Of a DNA stretch of 64,000 bases, positions 20,715 to 30,028 are shown piece after piece (positions within the stretch are counted from its first letter, which is position 1; the number at the start of each line of letters is the position of its first letter). Both the position numbers and the translations under genes were made by a program. Origin of the DNA: Candidatus Bathyarchaeia archaeon (lineage in GTDB: Archaea > Thermoproteota > Bathyarchaeia > Bathyarchaeales > Bathycorpusculaceae); the NCBI GenBank assembly GCA_038883655.1, contig JAVZLQ010000004.1:64001-128000 (forward strand), written 5' to 3'. The notes below the pieces were generated by a model, which had not been told where the DNA came from, ran no database searches, and saw nothing but the letters and a program-made list of their open reading frames with translations.

Positions 20715-21425
20715 ATGTCTTTACAAAAAGGAGACTTTATACTAATAGACTACACCGCAAAGGTTAAGGAAACAGGTGAAGTTTTCGACACGACGATAGA
20801 GGATGTAGCCAAAAAAGAACGCCTATACAAGGAAGGAGAAATCTACGAACCAAAACTTGTCGTAGTAGGCGAGGGATGGGTTCTAAAGGCGTTGGATGAA
20901 AGCCTAACAAGCATGGAAGTCGGCAAACAATCAGTCGTTGAAATACCGCCAGACAAGGCTTTTGGGGCGCGAGACCCAGAAAAAGTTAGGCGTGTTCCGC
21001 TTAGGCACTTAACTGATAAGGGGATAACCCCAAGCCTTGGAATGCGTGTTGAATATGACGGAAAACTTGCCACGGTGCGCGCCATAGGAGCTGGAAGAGT
21101 ACTATTGGACTTTAATCCGCCTCTTGCTGGGAAAACATTGGTTTACGAGGTTACCGTTAAGAAGAAGCTTGAAACTGTGGAGGAGAAAATAGAGGCGCTT
21201 ATCCACCGAAGGATTCCAGCGGTTGAAGGCAGTAAGTTCAAGTTCACGGTTAGAGCGAAAGCCGTTAACATTGAAATGCCAGAAGAAGCCTTCTACTTGG
21301 AAGGGATTCAAGTTGCGAAGCGCGGAATAGCCGTTGACATACAAAAGTTCTTCCCAGAAATAACTACTGTAAAGTTCAGCGAGACGTTTAAAGCGGCTGA
21401 ATCCAAAAAGGAAGCATCCAGCTAA
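20715..21425 (+). CDS. slyD: FKBP-type peptidyl-prolyl isomerase (archaeal long SlyD)
   Basis: IDYT...GEVFDTT, IPPDKAFG, LDFNPPLAGKTL. Confidence 0.92.
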   Translation: MSLQKGDFILIDYTAKVKETGEVFDTTIEDVAKKERLYKEGEIYEPKLVVVGEGWVLKALDESLTSMEVGKQSVVEIPPDKAFGARDPEKVRRVPLRHLTDKGITPSLGMRVEYDGKLATVRAIGAGRVLLDFNPPLAGKTLVYEVTVKKKLETVEEKIEALIHRRIPAVEGSKFKFTVRAKAVNIEMPEEAFYLEGIQVAKRGIAVDIQKFFPEITTVKFSETFKAAESKKEASS

Positions 21426-21443
21426 CCAAACCCAAACTCTCTT

Positions 21444-22511
21444 TCATATGACCCCGGTTGTTTTCGCAACTTTCTCGTAGGCTTCACTACTCAAATTAAG
21501 CTTGTTAAGAATCGTGTACCTTTCTGGTCTTAGGGTTGCGGCAAGCTTCAGCGCCGTTATCACATCATTTTCTTTCACGCTTAAGCCTTCGGCGTTTGTC
21601 GGCGCCCCGATTTTCTTCAATGTATCCCTTATGTGCTTCCAATTTGCCCTATGCAAATAAGCCATAATTACCGTTCCGACGCCACATTGCTCGCCGTGAA
21701 GCCCATGCGAAGAAGAGGCAATAATGTCTAGAGCGTGGCTAAAAAGGTGTTCTGACCCGCTACATGGGCGGCTGCTTCCAGCAATGCTCATCGCCACTCC
21801 ACAGCTTATTAATGCTTCAATTAGAATGCGCAATCCTTCTTCGTTGTCTGGCTTAATTATATCAGCATTTTCAATCACAAGTTTTGCGCTCATCAGAGCT
21901 AGGCTTGCGGCGTAACCCCCATAATACTCGTTTTTCTCTTTATGCGCAAGTTTCCAGTCTCTCACCGCAGTGAATTTTGCGATTACGTCTCCGCATCCGC
22001 TTGTTATTGAACGCCAAGGAGAACGCATTATTATGTCCGTGTCTGCGATTATAGCTATTGGCGCTTGAGCCATGACTGAATATGGCTTTTCGAAACCCTT
22101 GATAGAAGATAGCGGACTCGCTATCCCATCATGAGAGGCTGTTGTTGGAACACTTATGAATGGAACATGCTGACGAGCTGAGCTTAACTTTGCAACATCT
22201 ATTTTTGTTCCGCCGCCCACTCCGAAAACAACTTGAGGCTTCAAAATTTTGATTTTCTCTTCAACAGCCTCCACGTCCTTAACAGTTGCGGACTTAACAA
22301 GAACAGTGTTAACTTCCATTCCGTCTTTTTCAAGGAGTTTCTTCACGGTTTTTCCTGCGATGTCGTAAGTGCGCAAGCCAGCAACTATCAGTGCGGATTT
22401 TGTGAACCCCAGCCTCAGAGTGATTTCTGGAACACGTTCTAAAGTGCCGTTTCCAACAATTACTTCTCTTGGAAGCTGCATTTGGTGATGTTTTAGGGGC
22501 AAATCAACCAC
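21444..22511 (-). CDS. egsA: Glycerol-1-phosphate dehydrogenase
   Basis: GVGGGTKID, PTTASHDGIASP, SSRPCSGSEHLFSH, HGEQ, RPERYTIL. Confidence 0.95.
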   Translation of the reverse strand: MVDLPLKHHQMQLPREVIVGNGTLERVPEITLRLGFTKSALIVAGLRTYDIAGKTVKKLLEKDGMEVNTVLVKSATVKDVEAVEEKIKILKPQVVFGVGGGTKIDVAKLSSARQHVPFISVPTTASHDGIASPLSSIKGFEKPYSVMAQAPIAIIADTDIIMRSPWRSITSGCGDVIAKFTAVRDWKLAHKEKNEYYGGYAASLALMSAKLVIENADIIKPDNEEGLRILIEALISCGVAMSIAGSSRPCSGSEHLFSHALDIIASSSHGLHGEQCGVGTVIMAYLHRANWKHIRDTLKKIGAPTNAEGLSVKENDVITALKLAATLRPERYTILNKLNLSSEAYEKVAKTTGVI

Positions 22512-22683
22512 TCTGAACTTTAATTATCACTTTTAATTCTCGCTGCCTAAACCTTAGATTAGTGGGTTTTTCGCCATTTAAATGCTATTGATTTCTCTCC
22601 ACTTTAACCGTAATATTAATAAATGTCACGGTGTGATTACATGATGCTGTTTCCTAGCAAATTAATCCCGCGTTGTTTAGGTT

Positions 22684-23337
22684 TTGGGAGAAAACGAGAT
22701 GATAAGCAAAGACGCAGTTGATAAGTTGACACTGAAAGGGACAACAACAATAGGCGTGGTATGCAAGGACGGCGTAATCCTCGCCTCAGACACGCGAGTG
22801 ACTATGGGTTATTATGTGGCTCACAAGCATGGTAAGAAAATATACAAGATAGATGATCACTTGGCAATGACTATTGCTGGTTCGCTTGCAGATGCCCAAA
22901 GAACAGTTGACATACTAACGGCAAACGCACAGTTATACAAAATAAACATGGGCAGACCAATACCAGTAAGTTCTGGGGCAAGGCTCATCGCTAACATCCT
23001 ATTTTCAGCCAGATACTTTCCCCTTTTAACACAAGTTCTGATAGGCGGGTTGGATGAAGAGGGACCGCACGTTTATTCCATAGATCCGTTTGGCAGCCTA
23101 ACTGAAGAAAAATGCGTTGCAACTGGTTCTGGTTCGCCTATAGCCTATGGAATTTTGGAGGACAGATACCGCGAAGACGTGACTGTTGAGGAGTTTCTGC
23201 CAATAGTTGTTAAGGCCGTTAACTCCGCCATGAAGCGGGATGCTGCAAGCGGCGACAGCTTCAATGTTGCAGTTATAGACGGTAAGGGTTACCGCGAATT
23301 GGACGAGAAGGAAAAGAAAAGGCTGTTATCAAGTTGA
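22684..23337 (+). CDS. psmB: Proteasome beta subunit
   Basis: Propeptide ending G/TTTIG, ASDTR, ATGSGS, RDAASG. Confidence 0.95.
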   Translation: MGENEMISKDAVDKLTLKGTTTIGVVCKDGVILASDTRVTMGYYVAHKHGKKIYKIDDHLAMTIAGSLADAQRTVDILTANAQLYKINMGRPIPVSSGARLIANILFSARYFPLLTQVLIGGLDEEGPHVYSIDPFGSLTEEKCVATGSGSPIAYGILEDRYREDVTVEEFLPIVVKAVNSAMKRDAASGDSFNVAVIDGKGYRELDEKEKKRLLSS

Positions 23338-23348
23338 GGATGTAGGAA

Positions 23349-25268
23349 GTGACACCTAACTCTGACAAAGAAAAAATCGAAATAAGCCACTACATACTAG
23401 AGCACGTGCCAAAAGAAGTTGAAGTAACCAGAATAGAGTATGAAGGTTCAACGTTAGCCGTTTACACGAAAAAACCTGAACTGCTCGTTGAACAAAGCAG
23501 CTTAATTGCAGACATAGTTAACGTGATAAGAAAGAGAATAGTTGTCCGCTCGGATCCATCCGTGAGGCTTCCAGAAAACGAAGCTGAAAGGATAGCCAAA
23601 TCAATAATTCCAGCCGAGGCGGAAGTGACGGACATAAACTTTGACCCAAGCCTGGGCGAAATAATAATTGAAGCAAAAAAGCCTGGACTTGTTATAGGAA
23701 AAAATGGTGCTGTGCTACAAGAGATAATTAGGCAGACAAAGTGGCGCCCCCACGTTTTGAGAAGCCCACCATTGCGTTCAAAAATTGTTACGCACATGAG
23801 GCATTATCTCCATTCAGAAAGCAAGGAAAGAGAGCGCATACTCCGCACAATAGGCGAAAGAATATTCAGACCAAAAATTTACGATGTTGGAGACTTGCGA
23901 ATAACCGTTCTTGGCGGAGCCCAAGAGGTTGGCAGATCAGCCATTCTCGTACAAACACGTGAAAGCAGTGTGCTACTTGACTGTGGCATAAACCCTGGCT
24001 CCTCAAAGCCCTTCGAGTCTTTTCCAAGGCTTGACAATTCGCAGTTTGAGCTTGATTCTTTGGACGCTGTTGTTGTAAGCCACGCTCACCTTGATCACTG
24101 CGGGCTTGTGCCATTCCTTTACAAGTATGGCTATGACGGACCAGTTTATTGTTCTGCTCCAACGTCTAACTTGATGACGCTTCTCCAACTTGACTATTTG
24201 GACGTTGCCAGCAAGCAGGGCATTATACCGCCATACGATCAGAAAGATGTGAGAGAATGTGTTTTGCATACTATTCCGCTGCGTTACGGTGTTGTGACCG
24301 ACATAGCTCCAGACATTCGCTTAACGCTTCATAATGCTGGGCACATTTTGGGTTCTTCGCTTGTGCATTTGCACATAGGCGAGGGACTACACAACATTGT
24401 TTATACCGGCGACTACAAGTTTGCGCGAACAATGCTTCTTGAAGCAGCGACAAGAGAGTTTCCAAGAGTTGAAACAGTCATAACCGAGTGCACCTATGGT
24501 GGTCCGGAAGACGTTATGCCTTCGCGTGTTGAAGCCGAGGAAAGGCTAACGGCAATAATAAACGAAACTTTGGAACGCAAAGGAAAAGTTTTGATTCCGG
24601 TGCCAGCGGTTGGGAGAGCCCAAGAAATAATGCTGATAATTGATGGTTATATGAAGCGTGGGTTGATGAAGGAAGCTCCAGTTTTCATTGAAGGCATGAT
24701 TTCCGAGGCAACAGCCATACACACAGCTTATCCAGAATACTTGGGCAGAGAAGTGCGCAACAGCATACTACACGAGGGCGTTAACCCATTCCAGTCAGAC
24801 TATTTCACGATTGTTGAGCACCCAAACGTTAGACAAGACATAATCGACGGCGAACCATGTGTTATTTTAGCAACATCCGGCATGCTCGAAGGAGGACCAG
24901 TAATAGAATATTTTAAGGCGCTGGCTGAAAGTGAGGCAAACACCATAATCTTCGTCAGTTACCAAATAGAAGGAACTCTAGGAAGACGTGTACAGAAGGG
25001 CTTGAACGAGGTTACGCTTTTGAACAGTGAGGGCAAGCTTGACGTAATAAAGGTTAGGCTACGTGTAGAATCAATTGAAGGGTTTTCTGGGCATTCGGAT
25101 AGGAAGCAGATAATAAATTACATTTCAAATTTGAAGCCAGAACCAGAAAGGGTTATCGTTTGCCACGGCGAAAAAGCAAAGTGCCTAAGCATCGCGAACT
25201 TCTTTCAGAAGAGGATGGGACTACAGGCTTTCGCGCCTTCTGTTATGGAGACCTTTAGGCTGCTGTAA
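23349..25268 (+). CDS. fttA: beta-CASP ribonuclease aCPSF1 / termination factor FttA
   Basis: N-terminal KH domains (KPGLVIGKNG), HAHLDH, AGHILG, GFSGHSD; conserved adjacency to psmB. Confidence 0.95.
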   Translation: MTPNSDKEKIEISHYILEHVPKEVEVTRIEYEGSTLAVYTKKPELLVEQSSLIADIVNVIRKRIVVRSDPSVRLPENEAERIAKSIIPAEAEVTDINFDPSLGEIIIEAKKPGLVIGKNGAVLQEIIRQTKWRPHVLRSPPLRSKIVTHMRHYLHSESKERERILRTIGERIFRPKIYDVGDLRITVLGGAQEVGRSAILVQTRESSVLLDCGINPGSSKPFESFPRLDNSQFELDSLDAVVVSHAHLDHCGLVPFLYKYGYDGPVYCSAPTSNLMTLLQLDYLDVASKQGIIPPYDQKDVRECVLHTIPLRYGVVTDIAPDIRLTLHNAGHILGSSLVHLHIGEGLHNIVYTGDYKFARTMLLEAATREFPRVETVITECTYGGPEDVMPSRVEAEERLTAIINETLERKGKVLIPVPAVGRAQEIMLIIDGYMKRGLMKEAPVFIEGMISEATAIHTAYPEYLGREVRNSILHEGVNPFQSDYFTIVEHPNVRQDIIDGEPCVILATSGMLEGGPVIEYFKALAESEANTIIFVSYQIEGTLGRRVQKGLNEVTLLNSEGKLDVIKVRLRVESIEGFSGHSDRKQIINYISNLKPEPERVIVCHGEKAKCLSIANFFQKRMGLQAFAPSVMETFRLL

Positions 25269-25614
25269 CCACAGTCTCTTTTGAAACTGGGGTTTTCTCG
25301 CGCCAAATCCTAACGTTTGGTGGGCAGACTACAACGCGTTCTTCTCCAAGCCTCGCTATGTCTCCGCCGAGGGATTCGGCGAACTCGCATAGCTCGTTCA
25401 CGGCGCGTTTAACATCATCTATGCTTTTGTTTGCGAGAGGAGTTATCCTAAGTATGAGTATGTTTCCAGACTTAACCTCAGCTTTTATGCTGTCCAGGTC
25501 TGACAAGTCTCGGAGGGGCATAGCCTTCAAGTAAGTCTTGCCAGAAACGCCTTTAAGCTCCTTCTCTTTTCCTTCCTTCTTCGACTTGCGCAGTATACCG
25601 CTCAAACTAGGCAA
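25255..25614 (-). CDS. sepF: Cell division protein SepF (archaeal)
   Basis: EVKSGNILILRI...LGGDIARLGEERVVVCPPNVRI. Confidence 0.85.
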   Translation of the reverse strand: MPSLSGILRKSKKEGKEKELKGVSGKTYLKAMPLRDLSDLDSIKAEVKSGNILILRITPLANKSIDDVKRAVNELCEFAESLGGDIARLGEERVVVCPPNVRIWREKTPVSKETVVTAA

Positions 25615-25728
25615 ATTTCTCCTCTCTAAACCTTTATTCTGCTCTTCTAAAGTTTAAGTGTTTCTTAATTCCAAGTCTAAATTTCTAATAAGGATAATTG
25701 CTTTATGAATCTAAAATCCAGATTTTAA

Positions 25729-26229
25729 CTAACCGCCAGCCTTTTTTATGGCATTCCAAACCTCGTCGCCAACAAAGTGGACATTTTTAATAACTTTGCC
25801 ATGCTTAACTGTGCCTGCATCCGCCTTGTCAAAGAGTGCTTCGCCTATAGCCAAAGGCTTGCCATACTTCTCATCCACAACCAAAACGAGGTCGCCGTTT
25901 CTGAAATCTCCTATAAAATGTTTGATTCCCGGAGCCATCACATCCGCCCCGTTGCAAATGTGTGGAACAGCGCCCATGTCAACAACAACCTTGGCGATTT
26001 TTTCCAGATACTCCGTGGAAAGCAGTGTTGGAAAGAGTTTTTCTCCAACCCTAGCCAGAAGCGGCTTACCATTTAGCAAGTACACTTTTGCCTCATCAAA
26101 CTCCATAACTTCAACGTTTGCTTTTCCCTTCAAAAGCTTTTCCAAATCAATGCCAAGCTTTGAAGCTTCATCCAAAAGCGTCCTCGCCTCTTTCGTTTTT
26201 AGGAAGTGCCTCCTAAACTTTTCAGACAT
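25729..26229 (-). CDS. PUA-domain RNA-binding protein (DUF1947/MCT-1-like)
   Basis: FPTL, VVDMGAVPHICNGADVMAPGI, HFVGD; ATG at 26229. Confidence 0.9.
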   Translation of the reverse strand: MSEKFRRHFLKTKEARTLLDEASKLGIDLEKLLKGKANVEVMEFDEAKVYLLNGKPLLARVGEKLFPTLLSTEYLEKIAKVVVDMGAVPHICNGADVMAPGIKHFIGDFRNGDLVLVVDEKYGKPLAIGEALFDKADAGTVKHGKVIKNVHFVGDEVWNAIKKAGG

Positions 26230-26304
26230 TGCTTTCTCCTTAGATAGGTTTAAATTGTATAAGTTTAAGTATAAAAGACATAAAATATAGCTTGAGGGTT
26301 TCAA

Positions 26305-26532
26305 ATGAGCGAGATGACAACAGAAATTCTTGAACAAAACCTCGGGAAAATAGTTCTCGTCCGCCTGAAGGGTGGAAAAAGCCTACGCGGGAGATTGAAG
26401 GGTTTCGACCAACACCTAAACCTCGTTTTAGAGGAGACGGAAGACACAACAAATAGTGAAAACGTGAAAAAACTGGGCTTAATAATCGTACGCGGGGACA
26501 ACGTTGTCCTAATTTCGCCGCCGCCAAGGTGA
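26305..26532 (+). CDS. Sm-like archaeal protein (Lsm/SmAP1)
   Basis: [27 protein letters not shown]; adjacent to rpl37e. Confidence 0.95.
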   Translation: MSEMTTEILEQNLGKIVLVRLKGGKSLRGRLKGFDQHLNLVLEETEDTTNSENVKKLGLIIVRGDNVVLISPPPR

Positions 26533-26537
26533 ACGTT

Positions 26538-26726
26538 TTGGGTAAAGGAACACCATCCTTCGGCAAACGTGCTGGAAAAACATTGCACATACGTTGTAGA
26601 CGCTGTGGAAGAAGGGCATATAATGTAACCAAAAAACGCTGTGCAGCTTGTGGTTATGGCGAAACAAAATCCATTAGAGAGTATTCATGGCAAACAAGAA
26701 ATCTCCATAGGGAAAGGCTTCGCTGA
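26538..26726 (+). CDS. rpl37e: 50S ribosomal protein L37e
   Basis: [26 protein letters not shown]. Confidence 0.95.
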   Translation: MGKGTPSFGKRAGKTLHIRCRRCGRRAYNVTKKRCAACGYGETKSIREYSWQTRNLHRERLR

Positions 26727-26738
26727 TTTTACCGCGTT

Positions 26739-27380
26739 TTAACGCGTCATATTGTAGTAGCCCTTATCAATTTTGACGTAAATTAACGGTCCCTTACTTC
26801 TCGCCAGTTCCCTAGCCTTTCTCAATGTTGTGTTCACCATCTTCACCATGCTTTCTGCGTTACCAATTTCATATGCATGCCTCTTCTCTCCAAGCTCCAT
26901 CTTTAAGAGGTTCTCAGCCAAAATTGCTGTGCCACAAATCTCACCGTTCCTAACAAGCGTTGAAACAACAACTTCTTGCATTTCTTGACGGTTTGAGAGT
27001 CTCCGCCATAATGGTTCCGCGTCGATTAATATACGCGAAACTTTGTCCCATCGTTTTGAATTTTCGTTTCCAATAAGCAGTTTCACGCGTTCCTTCCACT
27101 TTTTAAACCACATTTGAGTCCATACGTCTAAGAATTCTTCCAGCTCTCTTGGGCTTTCGTTGAAAAATTTTTCTAAGCGTTCGGCTATTTCGCACTCGTT
27201 TGCTTCCTTGCCTACGAGATCCCAGTGCACCTTCAAGTAGTTTGTCAGGTCTTGGCATGCGACTTGTAGCACTTTGCGGTCTGAGCCGAATATATCCAGC
27301 GCTGGGTTTATGTTTTTGAGCCTTTCGGACAACAGTATTTCTATGAAGTTCATTTGCTTTCGCTCCGAAGCCTTCTCCAT
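26739..27380 (-). CDS. Hypothetical soluble protein
   Basis: 213-aa ORF filling the gap; no family recognised. Confidence 0.7.
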   Translation of the reverse strand: MEKASERKQMNFIEILLSERLKNINPALDIFGSDRKVLQVACQDLTNYLKVHWDLVGKEANECEIAERLEKFFNESPRELEEFLDVWTQMWFKKWKERVKLLIGNENSKRWDKVSRILIDAEPLWRRLSNRQEMQEVVVSTLVRNGEICGTAILAENLLKMELGEKRHAYEIGNAESMVKMVNTTLRKARELARSKGPLIYVKIDKGYYNMTR

Positions 27381-27496
27381 GTTAATTTAGGCGTTGAGGT
27401 TTTAATTAAGCTTTATTTGTATTTGCTTCTATAAGATTTTTAGGTAATTTTCAGTTATATTCCAGATAACAGAATATTTTAAACGTTTTTTGAGGT

Positions 27497-28141
27497 CTAT
27501 TCAACAAAATCTGGAAGGTTCGCGATGCTTTCAATTATTAGGTCTGGATTTTCAGCTTCTAGTTCTTTAAGAGAAAAAATTCCAGTTAAAACAGCAACGG
27601 TTTTCGCGCCAGCTTTCTTTCCAGCCCTAATGTCCGCAACGGAATCTCCAACAACTATGCACTGGCAAGGTTCGACGCAAAGCTGTTCGGCACATCGTAT
27701 TAGCGCGTCTGGGGAAGGCTTTGGGTCTTGCGTGTCAAGAGCCGTAATAACATACTGAAAATATTTTGACAAGCCAAATCTCTCAAGCTCTGCGATGACT
27801 TTTTCTTTTGGAACGTGGCGCATTGTTATTAAAGCCAACTTCGCTCTCTTTGATAGTTTGTCTAGGGTCTCCGAAATTTTCGGCATGGGCTTCGTTTTTG
27901 TGGCAGTTGCTCCATAGTAAGATTTAAGGTAGACTTCCAAAAACTGTTGTGTGTCCGCACCTTCTATTAAGTCGTCTATTGGCAAGTTTTGCTCAAGTCT
28001 CTTTGGAATCTCAAGTGCTGCCTTTTCATTCGCAAATTCTTTTCCAATTGCTTTGAAAGCTGACTTTAACGCTTCAAGGTAGGCCTCCCGCGAATCAACT
28101 ATTGTACCGTCCAAGTCTAGAAGTATAGCCTTCACCCTCAA
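27497..28141 (-). CDS. HAD-superfamily phosphatase
   Basis: LDLDGTIVDS, KPSP, VGDSVAD. Confidence 0.92.
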   Translation of the reverse strand: MRVKAILLDLDGTIVDSREAYLEALKSAFKAIGKEFANEKAALEIPKRLEQNLPIDDLIEGADTQQFLEVYLKSYYGATATKTKPMPKISETLDKLSKRAKLALITMRHVPKEKVIAELERFGLSKYFQYVITALDTQDPKPSPDALIRCAEQLCVEPCQCIVVGDSVADIRAGKKAGAKTVAVLTGIFSLKELEAENPDLIIESIANLPDFVE

Positions 28142-28396
28142 CTTTTCCTCGCCATCCTAATCTTTCGCTTTTCTCATCATTAACGCAATCCTTCATTAAA
28201 ACTTTGCATGTGCTATGCCGCCAATTGTTAAAAATCTAGAGGGGGGATCTCAATTTTGGTTGCGTGGCAATCCAAAATTTACGTGGGGCAAGCGCTTGCG
28301 TGGTTAAACTGAAATGTATGTCGATAAGTTTTTATTTTTGGTCTGTTGTTGTAAGGTAATCACCAACAAAAGTCATAAAAGTTGAAGGAATAAGCG

Positions 28397-28705
28397 ATGG
28401 CTAAAATGGCAAGAATACGCCTAACAAGCACAGACTACAAAAAACTGGAAGAGGTATGCGCGGAACTGAAAGCCATCGCCGAGAAAACAGGCGTCAAAAT
28501 GAACGGCCCGATACCATTGCCAACCAAAAGGCTTCGTGTTCCAGTTTTAAAGTCTCCATGCGGTGAGGGCACTTCAACATGGGATAAGTGGGAGATGCGC
28601 ATACACAAACGCGTCATCTACATTGATGCTGAAGGCAACGTTATGAGGCGCATCATGCGCATTCGTGTTCCAGAAGAGGTTCACGTTACAATAGAGCTTT
28701 CCTAA
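28397..28705 (+). CDS. rps10: 30S ribosomal protein S10
   Basis: ARIRLTS, GPIPLPTKRL, KSPCGEG, WEMRIHKR. Confidence 0.96.
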   Translation: MAKMARIRLTSTDYKKLEEVCAELKAIAEKTGVKMNGPIPLPTKRLRVPVLKSPCGEGTSTWDKWEMRIHKRVIYIDAEGNVMRRIMRIRVPEEVHVTIELS

Positions 28706-28714
28706 ATCCTTTTG

Positions 28715-28969
28715 TTAACGCTTCTTTTGTTTGTTCCAGTGGAATAGTAGGCAGTCGGCGCATTTCTCCATGAATTTTAAGCCCTTGTCCGTTGTCTTAA
28801 TTTTGTCATTTTCGATTTGCAGCAAGCCTTTCTGGAGTAGCATGTTAAAATACTGTTTTGACTGCGTGTAGGACAAGCCGACTTCCCTCATAATCTCGGT
28901 TTTTCTCTTTCCAGAAACCGCCTTCTTCAGAACCTCGAACACTATATCATGTCTATCCCTGTTAACCAT
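28715..28969 (-). CDS. Small winged-helix DNA-binding protein
   Basis: RDRHDIVFEVL...KTEIMREVGLSY...KGLL...TTDKG; ATG at 28969 (ORF extends to 29002). Confidence 0.8.
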   Translation of the reverse strand: MVNRDRHDIVFEVLKKAVSGKRKTEIMREVGLSYTQSKQYFNMLLQKGLLQIENDKIKTTDKGLKFMEKCADCLLFHWNKQKKR

Positions 28970-29040
28970 CTCATATTCCACGAAAACTTCACATGCAATC
29001 ATTAGCCTGATTTAGTAAATAACCTTTCCCAAGCGTCAAG

Positions 29041-29868
29041 CTAGATGGCTGCTATCAGTGTGTAGGAGTACCATGTTAAAATTAGGCTTGTAGTAAAAGC
29101 TGAAGCCCAAACATGTTTGTTCCACAAAAACACTTTGAAGCCATCCAATATCCCCAGTGGAATGAGGTTGAATAGTGCTATCCAAGCGTTGAAAGCCGCG
29201 CCGAAAATGAACATTGGAGCTAATGCGCCTTGAGAGTTAAAGAAGTAAGCAACCAAAAGCGTCATTGACAAAACAATGTTGGTTGCGGGTCCAGCAATCG
29301 ACATTTTGCCTAAATCCTCTTTGTCTGCAAGACCCGAGACGATAACTGCGCCGGGCGATATCACTTTGAAGAGGGGCGAAATAACGGAGATTAATGTTAA
29401 TATTGCTCCCATGAGTGTTAGTCTGAACTCCGCCCAATAGCCTTGTTTTTGTGCTGTTATTTTGTGTGCCAATTCATGCGCGAAAAAAGATGTGACTACT
29501 GTTACTGCTAACGCTGCAAATATAATTGAGTCCATAATTGTTACCCTAAAATCTGGGGAAATTGCCAGCGAAAGGGCTATACCCACAACAAGTAGGGCAG
29601 CGACGGTTAAATGTTGAATTTCCTTTATGCTAAAATGGATTTTTCCCTTCTTCGGCGGTTCAACGGAAATGTATGTAACGGAGTATTCATATGGCTCATG
29701 TTTTTGAATGATTACTGTTGGCGTTGTCGTCCATACTGGTGTTCGCGCTTTTTCCATTTGTTTGCATTCATGATTTTCTGGCAAGCGATGCTCAGAACAG
29801 AAGTAGCCTCCACAGTATGGGCACCTGAATGGTAGGAACACCTCTTTTTGACACTTTTCGCACAGCAT
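29041..29868 (-). CDS. AN1 zinc finger fused to M50 (site-2-protease-like) membrane metallopeptidase
   Basis: CEKC...PFRCPYCGGYFCSEHRLPENHEC; HELAH; AGP; FNLIPLGILDG. Confidence 0.88.
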   Translation of the reverse strand: MLCEKCQKEVFLPFRCPYCGGYFCSEHRLPENHECKQMEKARTPVWTTTPTVIIQKHEPYEYSVTYISVEPPKKGKIHFSIKEIQHLTVAALLVVGIALSLAISPDFRVTIMDSIIFAALAVTVVTSFFAHELAHKITAQKQGYWAEFRLTLMGAILTLISVISPLFKVISPGAVIVSGLADKEDLGKMSIAGPATNIVLSMTLLVAYFFNSQGALAPMFIFGAAFNAWIALFNLIPLGILDGFKVFLWNKHVWASAFTTSLILTWYSYTLIAAI

Positions 29869-30028
29869 CAGCCTTTATATTCCTTTTTCCTTTTAACGCT
29901 TAAAGTTTGTAGGATTACCGTTTATACATTTCTGTTCTATCACGATAAAGCGCTTGCAAATGCTCAGTATATTTTAAAATAGTGCTTCAACCAATTTTAA
30001 ACGACAAAGCAGGAAGGAAGGCGAGGGG

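Noticed and set aside
20715-26726. slyD-egsA-psmB-aCPSF1 and Lsm-rpl37e clustering
   Set aside because: Well-known conserved archaeal gene neighbourhoods; not novel
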